64,000 nt of DNA from Leucoraja ocellata (Eukaryota). Both the position numbers and the translations under genes were made by a program. The stretch is taken from assembly GCA_036785375.1 (NCBI GenBank), contig JAWMAR010000603.1, forward strand, positions 868,001 to 932,000. The letters are read 5' to 3'. The notes under the pieces were generated by a model, which saw nothing but the letters and a program-made list of their open reading frames with translations, did not search any database and had not been told where the DNA came from. Shown piece after piece: positions 25,855 through 39,720 of this stretch (position 1 is its first letter; every line of letters starts with the position of its first letter).

Positions 25855-26230
25855 AGAAGTAGTCAAGGATGCCACTCACCCTCGTCATTCCCCTTTCTAT
25901 CTGCTACCTTCTGGCAGAAGAGGATTCAGGACCCTGAAAGCCCAGACTTGATAGCTTCTTCCTCATTCTGATTTCAGACTTCTGAACCAATCACTTGCTT
26001 CACAAGTGGAGGTACTGCCACATGCGTTTACTCTTAATTAGACCTCATTTAGTTATACTGTCATTGTACTTCCGTTGTTTTACTCAGATGACACTGCATT
26101 CGTGCACCATGCTGTTGTTTTGCACTCATTACTGCATGTACTGCTTTATTCATCATTACTCAGTGTACACTCTCAGAGTTTCCTGTGAACTAGGAATTTC
26201 ATTGCACCCTGGTGTATATGACAATTAATT
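25855..26230 (+). mobile_element. Rex/Babar LINE 3' end
   Basis: KDATHPRHSPFYLLPSGRR; tail catt gcaccctggtgtatatgacaatta. Confidence 0.65.
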
Positions 26231-27899
26231 TGTCTGAATCTGATCTGTAATGCCCCAAGCTCAGCAATGGTTCCATTTTTAAAGTAAATTAATGATTGCT
26301 TTCGAGTCCTTCCACTGGTCTCTCTCCATCTGTAGTCATCTGAGATCTCCAAAACACCTCGCATTCTGAAAAGCTGGTCACTCCTGTTTTTCATCATTCC
26401 ACCACTGGTGACCAGAATTCCAGGTGACTTGACTGAACTTTGTAGTCTTCTGCAGGTCACTATCTTTCCCAGCTTTAAACTTGTCTCTTCAACCAACCTC
26501 TGTCCCTATATCTCCTGAGGTGGCCTTGTGCGCATTTTATCTGATTTCATTTGAGTGCGAACTCCCTTTGGGTTCCTTAATTCATTTATGACTCCACATA
26601 AATGAGCAGGCTCAAGTAATTAAATCCTTGTCAAAATCTATAACTTATAAGTTATGGTTCACTGCACTGTATGGGTAGATGATAAACATGCTGGGAATAG
26701 TTGGAAAATTAGATTGTCCTTAAATTTATCTGTTATTTTTCATCAAAGTAATTGTAGGTGTTTTTTTATTGTTTGTTCTAAGCTTGAGTGGTTCGTTCTC
26801 TCTGTGAATATCCATGTTATGCCAAAACATCTTTTTTCCTTCATATTTAGCTTGATGGCAAAGCTTTGACCATCTGTTTTCTGTTTAAAGCTTAGAGGGA
26901 ATTCTGTTGTCGCTCTAAATCTGTGTGTATTTATCACTGATAAGTAGTGGGATATCATTATTAGTCTTTAGAATATATGACTTACACAGTCCAGTGCATT
27001 GTGTGGTAGACTATATGATCAGATCGTACCATTCAGATGATTCTGGGTATTAGCGTTTAATCATGGATGAAATATCATGACATTTATATTATTGGGCTAG
27101 TAATCCATAGGCCCAGAATGATGGATCAAATCACGGTAGCAGCTGGACAGTTTAACCAGTTAATTAACTAAATCGGAATTTAAAGCTGAGATCAGTAACA
27201 GTAACCGTGAAACTTCCAGTGCATTTTAAAAGTCAAAATGCTGTTTTCATCTAGTTTTGCCGAAATACAACCCCATACCAAATTGATGCAGTTGATTTTT
27301 CAATTACCTTTGAAATAGTTGAAGCAGATTACTCAATTCAACTCGATCAGAAATACTGAATTGACATTAATGCTTGAATCCCCTTAGTGAATGGGTCATG
27401 ATCAGTCCTATTTTGAAAAGATAAAATTTTTGAACAAATATTTCTCTAGTCCGATTTTTATTGCATTGAAATTTTGAATGCTCACACCTATATTGGCATA
27501 CCATGCTACACCTTTCCTATTCTATCCCATCCCATTGTTATAACTGCTCTAGTTTTTGTTTCCTGTATCCATTCTGCTTATTGCTTTTAGCTACCATTTA
27601 CAGCATGTGATAAAAAATTATGGGCAGAGGGCTTGAAGGTGGAATTATACTGCAAATCTTGGAGTATAATCCTCTCTCAAGATTACCTTTGGGTTTGTCG
27701 TGAGATTAGTTAGTAACTGCTGACAGGTCCCTGAGCAGTTAAAGAAAATATGCCTCAGACAGAAACCATAAATTGCCTGAGAGAGAATTTCTATGTTAGT
27801 GTGTGACCAGCCAGGAGGCCGAGCAGAGCAGTAGTGGGAAGGCTGAAAACAGTGGCCTTGAATGGGCTCATTAAGAGACATAGCAATTAAGAAGTGAAG

Positions 27900-28930
27900 G
27901 TATAGCGGAGCGGCTCTGATTTGAGGTGAAGTGTTGAAGCATTCACAATCAAGACTCCAGGATCATGTAATGTTGCCCTGGTATCACCAGGGTCCATGAT
28001 GTTTCTGAGTGGCTGCAGAACATTCTCAGGGGGAGAGGGAGCAGGGCATTGTGTACATTGGTGCCAACAACATAGGTAGGAAAAGGGATGATGCCCTGCG
28101 CAATCAATAAAGGGAATTAGAAAATGTGTACGAAGAAACTATGCTGATTTAAATCGAAGATAGACACAAAATGCTGGAGTAACTCAGCGGGACAGGCAGC
28201 ATCTCGGAGGAGAAGGAATGGGCGACCCGTCCTCGACCCGAAACGTCACCCATTCCTTCTTGCCAGAGATGCTGCCTGTCCCGCTGAGTTACTCCAGAAT
28301 TTTGTGTCTATTTTAGGGAATTAGGAAAGCGGTCCACAAGGAAGGTAATCTGTGAGCTACTCCCATTGCCATGTAATAAGGACAGGGATAGAAGGACAGG
28401 TGCAAGGTAGGATCAATGCAAGGTAAGGGGCAGATGTTTGGGTTTTTAGACCATTGGGCTCTCTCTGGGGAAGAGGTGACCTATACACGAGGGTCAGGCT
28501 GCCCCTGAACTAGTGGGGGACCAATATACAGGCAGTGAGATTAGCTGGTGCTACTTGGGAGGGTATAAATTGGAGGTGAGCATCCAATAGCAGCAAGGCA
28601 GCAGATGAGATGTTGGGGGCAAATACTGTAGTCAAAGAGAACAAGATTAGCAGACAGGACAGGCAATGCATGGGAAAGAGAGAGGGAAAAAAAACAATGG
28701 TTTCAACCACATTTTATTTCATTCTGAGACTCAACAGAAAGACGGGTGATCTCAGGGTGTGAATTGGCTTGGGGGCTGTGATATGATAGCCATAACAGAC
28801 ACATGATTGAGAGAAGGGCAAAACTGGCAGCTCAATGTTCCAGGGTAAATATTCTGTAGTACATGAGAGAGATGCAGGAGACAGAGAAGGGGGTGTGGTT
28901 GCCTTTTTAACTACAGTGCCTTGAGAGGAT
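27900..28930 (+). mobile_element. Degenerate CR1 internal region (ORF1 esterase-like to ORF2 start)
   Basis: IVYIGANNIG resembles the CR1 ORF1 VHIGTNDIG motif; downstream DMIAITDT and WQLNVPG resemble the endonuclease start. Confidence 0.55.
28121..28314. mobile_element. Palindromic Penelope-derived insertion with 10-bp TSD AGGGAATTAG
   Basis: Inverted arms of about 65 bp; TSD at 28111-28120 and 28315-28324. Confidence 0.85.
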
Positions 28931-29965
28931 ATTCTTGGGGATTAGTGTAAATGGGTGGTTGATGGTTGATGTGCTGAAGGGCCGGCTTCCGTGTTGTCTG
29001 TCTTGAGTCAGAAGGAAATCTGGGGGTAGGTGGATAACAGTTTTCTAGTGCGTGCTTGTTTAAACAGTTTGCTCTTTCAACTGTTGGGCATGAAGAAACA
29101 TTGTAAGGTTTTGGTTAGTGCAATAATCCTAAAATAATGAAAACTTTTGCATTTATGTGGTGAATTTGTACATATCAAAAATGCAGCACCATCTTCGCAT
29201 AGCATTTTTTTTTCAATACTCTATTAAAGTATCAGTCTGGATTCTGTGATCAAATTTCTAGGGTAGGGCTGAACTTTAACTTTCAAACTGAGACTCAAAT
29301 TTCAGTGTAATTTCATAATAGACATTGAAATTATAATTTCCATTGTACGTTTGACATTGAGGTTTTGTTCACAAGAATTTGTTTGGTGCTGGTTTGCTTC
29401 TGAACTCGTGAATTGAAATGAAAGCTGTACTGATCATTCCCCATTCATTAGTGTTTACAATAAAACTGCCTGATAGGATCAAAATGGAATCGGCCAACTT
29501 CCAATAACTCTACAATTATGCTGGGCAATACTTTCCACTTGACTCATTGAGGCACACTTAATAAATAAATTACTTTTGAACTATTTCCACTCATGCCCAA
29601 GCTGCTTTGTGCGATCCATTTTGTGTATGCAAAGTGATGTGGAGGATGATTAGACATTGTGTAACAGATGAACAGCACAGTGGCTCAGCTGTTGGCGCTG
29701 CTATCTCACAGCTCCAGAGATATGGGTTCAGTCCTTCCTTTAGATTCTGCCTGTGTGGTGTTTACACGTTCTCCTTGTGACAATATGGGGTTCCTCCAAT
29801 GGTTCCACTTTCCTTTAACATGCCAATAATGGTTGGGAGGTTAATTGGCTGTTGCAAAATGGTTGTAGCGCAGAAACCAACTATTCAGTTGCATATCCTT
29901 GCAGTGATATTTTTTCTGAGTTCTCCATATCCTTTGCATCATTTTTATAGAATGAAAAGATGGAA

Positions 29966-30258
29966 GGCACAGTGGCGCAGTGATAGAGTTGCTGCCTTAC
30001 AGCCCCAGAGACCCAGGTTCGATCCTGACTATGGTTGCTGTCTGTGTGGAGTTTGTCGGTCTCCTTGTGACGGCGTTGGTTTTTTTCTTGGTGCTCCGGT
30101 TTCCTCCCACATTCCAAAGATGTGCAGGTTTGTAGGTTAATTGGCTTCTGTAAATTGTCCCTAGTGTGTAGGATAGAGCCAGTGATTGTTGGTCGATGTG
30201 GACCCAGTAGGCTGAAGGGCCTGTTTCCACACTGTATTTCTAAACGAAACTAAACCAA
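29966..30258 (+). mobile_element. HE1-type V-SINE (older copy upstream at about 29672-29860)
   Basis: ggcacagtggcgcagtgatagagttgctgcc...gggcctgtttccacactgtatttctaaac. Confidence 0.88.
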
Positions 30259-31467
30259 GGAAAGCTCACATTTGGTTAACCCCTGTCCCACTTGGGAGAC
30301 CTAAACAGCAACCACTGATGACCTTACCCGCCACCCTATGAGAAGCGTCCTGGTTGAGTTCAGTTTGTAGTAATATACTACTCCTGCATTCAGGGACGAG
30401 GGTTGAACCAGTGGAGTCTTTTCTTTGTGGTCATGTTGCACGCACCCAGTTTGTCAATCAAAGATCGGTGGAAAGGCAAGACAATATTTGACATTTCAGT
30501 GACTGCTCTTCTTTCCCTTCAAAAGCAACAGTGTGGTGTCAAGGAATAAGCGATGTCCTCTGCCAAGTATGCTTGGTATAATTTCTACCCATGCTGGCTG
30601 GAGCCACAAAGTAGCCCATTGTACCACGGAAGAGAAGTACTGTTTGTTTTTTTATTTTATACGCATTCTTTAAGTGGTTAAACTGGAATGCAATACGAGA
30701 GCAGATTTATTTTTCTTAAGACTACAGGTGGCCAGTTATGAAAGAATGGTTTGTCAAAGCTTGAAGCGTTACTGCAAGTGTAGGGACAGGTTGCTGTATA
30801 GATTCAAACCTTTCCAATGGTGAAACCTTCCATCTGTTGTAAAATTGACTTGCTTTGCCATGAACTGACCTTTATTCATGCTAAAACATTGACAGTGAGA
30901 CTGGTGAAATGGAGAGTCCCTAATACAGTGATTGATTTTGCCAAATGTTCGGAAGCTTCTCTTAGCCCAGATTTTAAATATTTGGAAAAATATGACATGG
31001 TCGATAGGCTGTAATATTATTCATATTAATGTTATTAATGTGATTTTATACTTTAAAGGAATATTCGATGCAGCTTTCCCCCCCAAATATAATGGATGAC
31101 TTTGCATTGCTGACTGTTCAGATTAATATCTTGGTTGAAATACCCTTGAATGCTGATGTGTCACCAGGGTTTCACTGTCAAATGCCCGTCCTTATTCCAT
31201 AACGATTAGAACGCCTGTTGTCGTCTTCATCAATGAATTCAGTAACTTTCTGAAATAATTTAACTTTTTCTGCCAAAGATCTGACCCTCGAGAAATTTAA
31301 ATTTTAATAAATGTTGTCTTAAAGACAAAATAAGATACATAGATAAAAAACGAGTGCTGCCTGAGGAAATTGAGCAATCTCCTCGGAGTGGCTTCTTTGA
31401 ATTGACAGCACATTTGAGTAACATCTTGGCAAAGAGCCTGCTGCCTGTGGTTCAGTCGGAGTGCTAA

Positions 31468-31736
31468 AGGGCTTGTCCCACGATGCGAGTTTAACCAAGA
31501 GCTCTCCCGAGTTAAAAAAAATCAAGCCCGTGGTAAGTACGTAGCGGGTGCGTCGGAGCTCGTGGATGTCTCGTAGCGGCTCGTAATGCGAACGGCAGGT
31601 ACTCAGGAAACGCGGAAACTCGTGACGTTTTTTCAACAGGGTGAAAATTTTCCAAGAGTAAAAAAAACTTGTGATGAAGTACCACGAGTTTGATTTTTTT
31701 TTAACTCGGGAGAACTCGCATCGTGAGACCGGGGCT
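31468..31736. mobile_element. PIF/Harbinger-type MITE
   Basis: Imperfect TIRs agggcttgtcccacgatgcgagtt / aactcgcatcgtgagaccggggct; TAA TSD on both sides. Confidence 0.75.
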
Positions 31737-32952
31737 TAATTCTGTCCATGAGGGGCAGGTTTGAATGCCAGGGATGTTTGCCTTGCAAACCTGTCAACAA
31801 TATATCTTTCCATATGTAGTGTTTACTCACTTTTAGGAGAGCTGGGAAGAATGCTGGCATTGCCCCTGCACCTCCTGGCTTCTAATTATAACATGGGAGT
31901 GGCAGGAGGAATACAGAAGGGTTGCCTTTGACAGCACACACTTGTGGCTGAAGGTTGACGAATGGAAAGGAAATGAGCACAGAAAGTACAGATCATTTAC
32001 AAACCCTTGACCTCACTGCAGCTTTTTACCAAGTCAAATTTATAATCAGATTATTCGTTTGGTTTTGGTTTGGAGAAATAATATTGTGCTTTAAGTTGCT
32101 TGTGGAAATGAAGGAAGTATAATCTGCATCTTTTCTTTCCATCAACATGATTTATTTTCTTTTTATTCTGTCCCTTTTTTTTCTCTCTGACATCTCAAAA
32201 GCTGTGAAAGGTCCTGATCAGAAAAGTTGCCTGTCCATTGCTCCCACAGATGCAGCCTCACTGGATGAGTTCCTCCAGCACTCGGTGCTTTGCTCAAAAT
32301 TCCAGCATCCACAGTTTTTTGTGCCTCCATCTCAAACCATATCTGACCTTAAATTGCGTGAATACTTTATTATTTTAAATTTCCTACTGAGTGCACTAAA
32401 TACCGTGCTAAAGAAAATGCAGATTAATAAGGGCCTGATGGACTAATTAAAAAAGCAGAATTTTTCCGCAATGGAGCCAGCTTGTGTCCTGCCATTTAAC
32501 AAATACCTGTCTGAAACTCAAGATGCATGTTGTTCATGCATGTTTCTGATAATTTAGAGAAACTTAAAAAAAAAAAAATGTTTTTCATAGAATGAAGGTT
32601 CTTTTCATTAACGCCAAATAAACGTGAATTGTGTGTGGATAAACTGAAAGGGGCCTTAGTGTTTTAATAGGTTTTCATTTGAGACAAATTGGGTAATGGT
32701 GTCAATACTGGAAACTGCACACAGTCCAGTGTATGTTTTGTGAAAGTTAAGCTGGTGGTATAGTGACGAAAAGCTGACATAAGCAATAAATCCTTGTAAA
32801 TTGTTATTGCTGTAAACAAAGCACTCTTTCACTTACCATCCTTGAGGGCCTAAGTTAGTAAATGTATCACCTGGTCCAGTAAGAGGTGTACCGATCTGGA
32901 ACTCCTAGTACAGGGACTCCACAGATTTAACTGAGTAATGGTCCAGGAGGTA

Positions 32953-33113
32953 CATAGAAACATAGAAATTTGGTGCAGGAGTAGGCCATTCGGTCCTTCG
33001 AGCCTGCACCGCCATTCAATATGATCATGGCTGATCATCCAACTCAGTATCCCGTACCTGCCTTCTCTCCATACCCTCTGATCCCCTTAGCCACAAGGGC
33101 CACATCTAACTCC
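32953..33113 (-). mobile_element. Young CR1 3' end
   Basis: Near-identical reverse complement of 13220-13380. Confidence 0.88.
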
Positions 33114-33184
33114 CACTCTTAATCACCCGCCCATGAATGTTGCAGGACATTTTGTTCAAACTGCCCTCTAAGATATCCTTGTGT

Positions 33185-33378
33185 GGGGAAACAAGGAACT
33201 GCAGATGCTGATTTACCAAGGAAAGACACCAAATGCTGGAGTAACTCAGCAGGTCAGGCAGCATCCCTGAAGAACATGGATAGGTGAATCTTCATCAATC
33301 TGATGAAGGAACCTGAAACGTCACCTTTCCATGTTCTCCAGGGATCTGCTTGACTCACTAAGTCACTCCAGCATTTCT
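33185..33378. mobile_element. Palindromic Penelope-derived element with hammerhead-like core CTGATGA-AGGaaCCT-GAAA-CGTC (33300-33322)
   Basis: Inverted arms aaatgctggagtaact... / ...agtcactccagcattt. Confidence 0.78.
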
Positions 33379-36300
33379 ACACAAGAGTGGGGAGCAGAGT
33401 ATGTTAAATTGTTAGATATTTCTGTAACAGTATATGGTATGTTGGTAAGATATTTCTATTATTGTAAATGCTAATATCAAAACCTTTTCTGCAACTAGCA
33501 ATTATTTTATTTGGGCAGCTGATGTATTTTTCATGGATTTGAATGGATGTATAAATAAAATAACCCAGTGTAGAATGAGGCTGGGATATGAAGCTGAGTG
33601 CAGTTGAACCCTTTGGCAACACTTTCACTTGCTTGAATAATGGTTACTGGGCTGAGATAACAGATAATTGTTGGCACTCGGGCAGTTGCAGCTGTGTGAT
33701 TTTCTGTCTTCAGGGAAGCAAGAGTCACCAAATATTAAAAAAAACAAACTGCAAAAGCTGGAAATCTGGATTCAAAATAGAAAGTGCTGGAAACATTCAG
33801 TAGGCCAGGTAGCATCGGGCGGGGCGTTGACCAGGAAGCTCAACTCTCATCTCCTCTTCCCCCGGACAGAGGTGCTTGAGACAGGTGAGATGCAGTCAAG
33901 AGTCTGCCTGCTTTGTCGGGAGAAGCCACAGCTCTGGAAGAATGCATTGCAAGGAAGACACAGCAATGGATGAAAATGAAATATTTGTTCTCGTGTGAGG
34001 ATTTTAGCATGTAAATTCCACCAAATTCTGGGTTTGAAAATAAACTTAGAAGTCTCAACCTTGCTGGTCACCTTTTGCTGGTGATTAACTGACTACACTC
34101 CAACATGGGTTTTCTCCAGGTCCTCCCGTTCGTTTCCTGCCACATGCCAAAACCAAGTGGTTTTGTAGGTTAAACGGCTTCTTTAAATTGCCTGTAATGT
34201 GTGGTCAGCATGGACTCTGTGGGCCGAAGGGCCTGTTTCCATGCTATTTCTCTGAACCAAACTCAATCAAAGTCATTCAGTGCCAAACTATTTGTGTGGG
34301 AGTCAGTGGTCAAACAAATTACAGCTGTTTTGTGGGCAGGATTTGTTCTACACTGCCCACTTGCCAACGTTGCATCACTCGATCTGCTGTCACAGAGCAC
34401 GGTCTCCCCATTTGCACCGCATTGAAATTTGAGTGTGGCACCAAAAGTTCAGCTGTGGGTAAGGAATGGAATAGATGGGACAGCGGAAGAATACCAAATT
34501 AGTTATAGTAGCAGTTTGGTTGTTACTACAGAAAGCCACATTTAGATCGCTGTTGGAAAAGTGATACCACTCCTCGATATCCCTTCTTAGAAAGGATGTA
34601 TCAATTTTGGAGGAGGTGCTACAAAATGTAACAACGTGATTCCTGGATAAAGTTGTCCCGTATTAAAGTATGAGCAGAGATTAGGGTTATATTCCCAAGA
34701 AATTAGAAGTTTAAGAGATATTTTAGTTGATTGTTTGAAGGGTAGCTGATAGGATTGAGAGTTAAACCATTTCAGTTTTGGGAATTCCAGGAGTAGTGCA
34801 TTTAGCCTAAAAATGAATAGGCTCTCTGGAATGAAATTAGGAAATATTTCCAGATAGACATTTTGATATTTTCCACAAGTGTCAGACTTTGTGAGGTCAG
34901 TTGTTAATATTAAATCTGTGGTTTTAGATTTTTAAAGAAAGCTATTTGGGATAATGAGGCAAATGTGGCTGCAAGGAATGAACATACTGGTGGTCTTTTA
35001 GTCATAGAGCTATATAGCACAGAAATGGGCACTTTGGCCTGTCTTTTCCATGATAACTAAATTGTCTAATAATAATAATAATAATAATAACATATTTTAT
35101 TGTCATTGCACATAAACGCAATGAGATTTGGTATGCAGCTTCCATCCAATGTCATAACATAAATAACTAATAAAATTTAGATTTAGATATAGATACCCCG
35201 AGAACAGGGATTGTAAAAAGAACAGTAAAATAGTCAAAACAGTTCAAACAGACTAAAGTGCAGATGTGTCTCTACTCACATAGCTGAAACTGGATCACAT
35301 CCCTGCAAACATTTCCTATCCATGGACCTGTCGAAGTGTCTGTTAAATGTTATATTTGTACCCACTTCTATCACTTGCTTTGGCAATTCATTCTCTATAC
35401 CCACCATCCTCTGTGTGGAAAAACTTACCTATCGAGTCCCTTTAAAAAATGTTGCCCTCTCACCTTAAAACTATGCCTTCTCGTTTGAGGCACTCTTACC
35501 CTGGTAAAACTATTGCAGCTAATCACCTTATCTGTGCCCTTCATTATTTTGTAAACCACCTGTAATCAATCTTGAACAGGTACATGGGGCTAAATCATCG
35601 ACTCCAATTCCAATTAGTGCTGGCAGCCTGTCTGGAACAGCGAACACACGGTTTCCATTCTCCTACCTCCTTTATGGCAGAGAATGATCTGAATCCTGAT
35701 GGTGGACTCTTGGGATTGTGTATGTGGGCAGATGGTGAACTCGGGCAACCTTGTCAGGGAGGAAAGATTTCCACGTTACTTCTTTGAAAGAGCATCTTGG
35801 ATAACATGATGGTTACCAGAATAGCAGATGTTTTTGCAGGGTTATTTGTTGTCAAATTTGATTTATCGAAGCCAGTTCATGGGGTGGCTGTTCATATTTT
35901 CACTTGGATTTTATAGTGGATTGTAATGAAGGCATCAAACCAAGGGATTGTTTGCCCTTTCTAACGGAGGTAAAACGAGGCACAGCACCATATCAGAGTA
36001 GAGCAGGAGGATTCCTGGCAAAACTTAGCATCCAGTAACATTGCTGTAGATGATCCAGCCAAGGCCAAGTTGTTAGTTTTTGTGTGCATTGTCTTTCCTG
36101 CATTACCCAATGACTACACCTCAAATGTATTAAATTGACTAAAGTGATTTGGAAGAGTGCAAATCGCTTTACTTAGAAGCAGAGGGGACCTGTACATAAT
36201 TTTTCCACAATAAGATTTCTCAGGATATAATGAGGTACAAAACTGCCAATGCTTTGCGGTGAGGTGTGTGCCAAACTATGTCAGAAAGACAATGCACCCT

Positions 36301-37799
36301 TTATGCCGAAATGAAATTATATACAAGAGTTGGCTGCCGCAGTTAAACTGAAGTATGTGAGTCTTTAAAAAATATTGTACCTTTTAGCTTTGGACATTGG
36401 CACTTGGAATGTTTCTGTTTTGCTGAAGGACTGACCTGTTCAAATTGTTGTTTCAATGGTGGAGATTACAGTCTTGGATCTGAAGGAACAACGTAGATCA
36501 AATTTACCTCTCGATCATCCTGATGCTCAATTAGTGCAGTACGCCAATGGAGAATCCAGTAAAAAGAGAAGACATCACGCCACCATTGAAATTGGCAATT
36601 CCCTGTGGATAGGTTCTTTTTTGTCCCAATATCGCCCATTTAATGTTTTTTTCCACCTAATTGCTTACCTTATATTAATTGAATGGCATGCAGCTTTTGT
36701 GAGCTTTCCATGTTCACAGTTGTCTGCAGTACTCTCAAAAGCAGTTGTGCTGCGAATCTTGCACGTGTTGCTAACGAGTGCAGTTCTTGGCGTGCAGCCT
36801 CAATGAATTGTTTGTCCCCATATACGTTTGAGAAGTCTGTACCTTTTCTGGATTCCACCCGGTGGAATAAATAAGACTGGGACTTGTGATTTGCTATATT
36901 CAATTCATAGCATTTGGAGCTGGTGCACATTCTCCCTCTCCTGCCTTGTGATCCCATTAAAATAGTTAATGCTAGCTTCAACCAGCTAATCTAAAATTAA
37001 TAGACACATAGAGCTGATGTTATTTTGTTGCAATCTATGTTCATAAATAGATGATAATTTCAATAAATTTAGCATTTTGTATTGCTCTATCACGGACCTG
37101 TTAAGGAGATTTTGAAAGTCATTTTACTGGCTCCATTAAAGGCCTCTTAAACAAACCACAAGTAACTGTAATGTACTTGGCCTGGTTCCGATGAACAACC
37201 TTCTAGGATTTTTGGATGGCATGGTGCCTTGACAAAGTAGAATATAGAATGAATGTGGTAAGTCGGTAGGTAGTTGGTGTGTTCTCCATTTGCTTGGCTG
37301 AGTACAGATCCAGTCATAGTTGAGCTCAACAATATCTGGTCAAAAAAAGCCCATTCTGTTGGCAGCCAACCCACCGCCTAAAACATTTAATGCCACAACT
37401 GTTGATAGAAAGCTTTTGACAGCAGCCCTTGAGGCCATCTGGTGTATGGTAACACCACCACCTGAAAACCGCATACCATCCCTTACAAAATGTCTATTCT
37501 TCCTTACACATTGCCTTGTCCATACTAAAAAAAAAATAACTTGCCGAAAAGCACAGAGACCGATATCAACACAACCCGGTACTAATTATAAGCGGTGGGT
37601 CACTGCTCCTCCTCAATGGTAGTTAAGGATGGGTAATAAATGTTGGCCTTGTCTTGATGCCCACATCCCATGAGCAATCACACAAATCACTTCCAGCTTT
37701 ACCATCAAGCTATATACAGTAAGATCCAGATCAGACTTTAGTCGATTGAGGAAAATACCGTTTTGAAGATCAAGATCATAAGCTCATAGTCTATTAGGC

Positions 37800-38560
37800 A
37801 GCAATGATTGCCATCCTCCAACATGATGCTGAGACCTGGATTGCATATAGCAGACATCTCCAGACACTGCAAAGTTATCAATCAAGCTGCCCCTGCAAAT
37901 TCCTCCAAATCTGCTGAAAGGATAAGTGAACCGCCATCAGCATCCTCTTCCCAGGCCAACATTCCCAGCAACGAGGTCCGAACAGCACTCAGTCCTATCT
38001 GTCAATAATAATAATAATGTTTTGTTTATAGGGACAATGCATATTAATTAACATTTTGCATGTAAATATGCGAGATTGTAGCTAATCAGCAGCCAATTTC
38101 CGTCTCTAGTCCCAGGCAAAGGTAGGTGAAGTGTCTTGCCCAAGGACACAACGACAGTACACACTCCAAGCAGGATTCGAACCGACCACCTTCAGGTTGC
38201 CAGCCGAACACTTAGCCCAATCCATCGAGAAGGCCACATCGTTGGCATGCCTGACACCAGATTCCCAAAACAGATGCTGAGCTCTGAGCTCTATCACGGG
38301 AAGAGATTACCAGATGGACAGCAATGTGTTCAAAGCAGTTTTCACGAACCCTTGGGAATCTCCAGCCCATGGCTACTCATAATGGAGAAGGAGCATTCAG
38401 GATGATATTGAGAACATCAAGGACAGTGGAAGCATTGCATCACTTCAAAAACTATTCACTTTCCCGTTCAATCAGGAACCTCATGCCCATCTGTGGAAAA
38501 GTCCATGGTTCCTACATTGACCTCATCAATTACTTAAGAGTCAGCCAGAATTAGTTGGAG
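37800..38560 (+). mobile_element. Degenerate RTE LINE 3' region split by a CORE-SINE
   Basis: SQANIPSNE...TALS / GHIVGMPDTRFPKQMLSSELYHGKR, typical of the RTE C-terminus. Confidence 0.7.
38003..38220 (-). mobile_element. tRNA-derived CORE-SINE
   Basis: Reverse complement contains B box ggttcgaatcc and core gtgtccttgggcaagacacttcacc; (ATT)n end. Confidence 0.75.
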
Positions 38561-39149
38561 GAACTGCCAAAGAAGATACAACAAAATATCTCAGGTCACC
38601 CTACCTACTTTATGAAGACCAACACAAACCATTTAGTTAAATAGTCCTCATTCCCCATTTTAAATTCTTCCATTTCTGTCTGCAAGAAATTCACATTTGC
38701 CCTAGTTAGCTGTCTCTTTAAAAACAAAAATACTAACTGGTTCAATTTTCATATTTCTTGCCTGTTTACCTATTTTTGCTTTTCTTAAAAACATAGAAAA
38801 TAGGTGCAGGAGTAGGCCATTTGGCCCTTCGATCGTGGCTGATCATCCAAAACCAGTACCCCGTACCTGCTTTCTCCCCATATCCCTTGATTCCGTTAGC
38901 CCTCAGAGCTATATCTAACTCTCTTGAAAACATCCAATGAAAACATCTTAATCAATTCCTAGTTTTTGGAGTTCTAAAATGCTCTCAAGTCCATGTCTAA
39001 CATTTGTGGCAGCTTTACAAGCCTCTTCCATTCATTTTATATTATCGTTAAGTTCTCCTATCATCCAAGGACTCAGCACTCCTCTTTTTGTGTCCTTGTG
39101 CAGATGGAGGGGAATACAATTTTCTGCAAATTATACTTTCTTTCCTTAA

Positions 39150-39720
39150 ATGCGTGCCATTGCCTGTCAACCTTCTACAGATGCACAGTAGAAATGATCC
39201 TATCAAGATGCATCAAAGCTTGGTGTGGTAACAGTTCTGCCCAAGATAGTAAGAATTGCAGAAAGTTGTCTATGTAGCCCAGTCCATCACACAAATTAGC
39301 TTCCTCCCTCTTCCCCCTCCTCCAGCCCCCCTCGACTCCATTCTATACTTTATGCTGCCTTGGCAAAACAACCAACTTAATCAAGGACCATTGGGCAGAA
39401 GATACAAAAAGAACATACAACCAAATTTGGGGACAGCTTCTGTTATGATTTGTGAACGATCCTATGATAAGCTTGGATATAGTCCTGATCTTCCAACCTA
39501 CCACATTGCACTTTTTAAAATCTGCATTTTCTCTGTAACTAATGCTGTAACTCTGTAACTGAACCAGTATAATGCTGTAGTACTGTATTTTACCCTCTAG
39601 TATTTTTCTCTTTGCATCTTGTGATGTACTTGTACTCATAGTATGATTTGACGGGATAGCTTGCAAACAAAGCTTTTCACTGTATCTCAGTAGATGTGAC
39701 AATAAATAAATCAACCAACC
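39150..39720 (+). mobile_element. Degenerate Rex/Babar LINE 3' region
   Basis: TFYRCTVEMILSRCIKAWCGNSSAQD; tail aaagcttttcactgtatctcagtagatgtgacaataaa. Confidence 0.7.
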
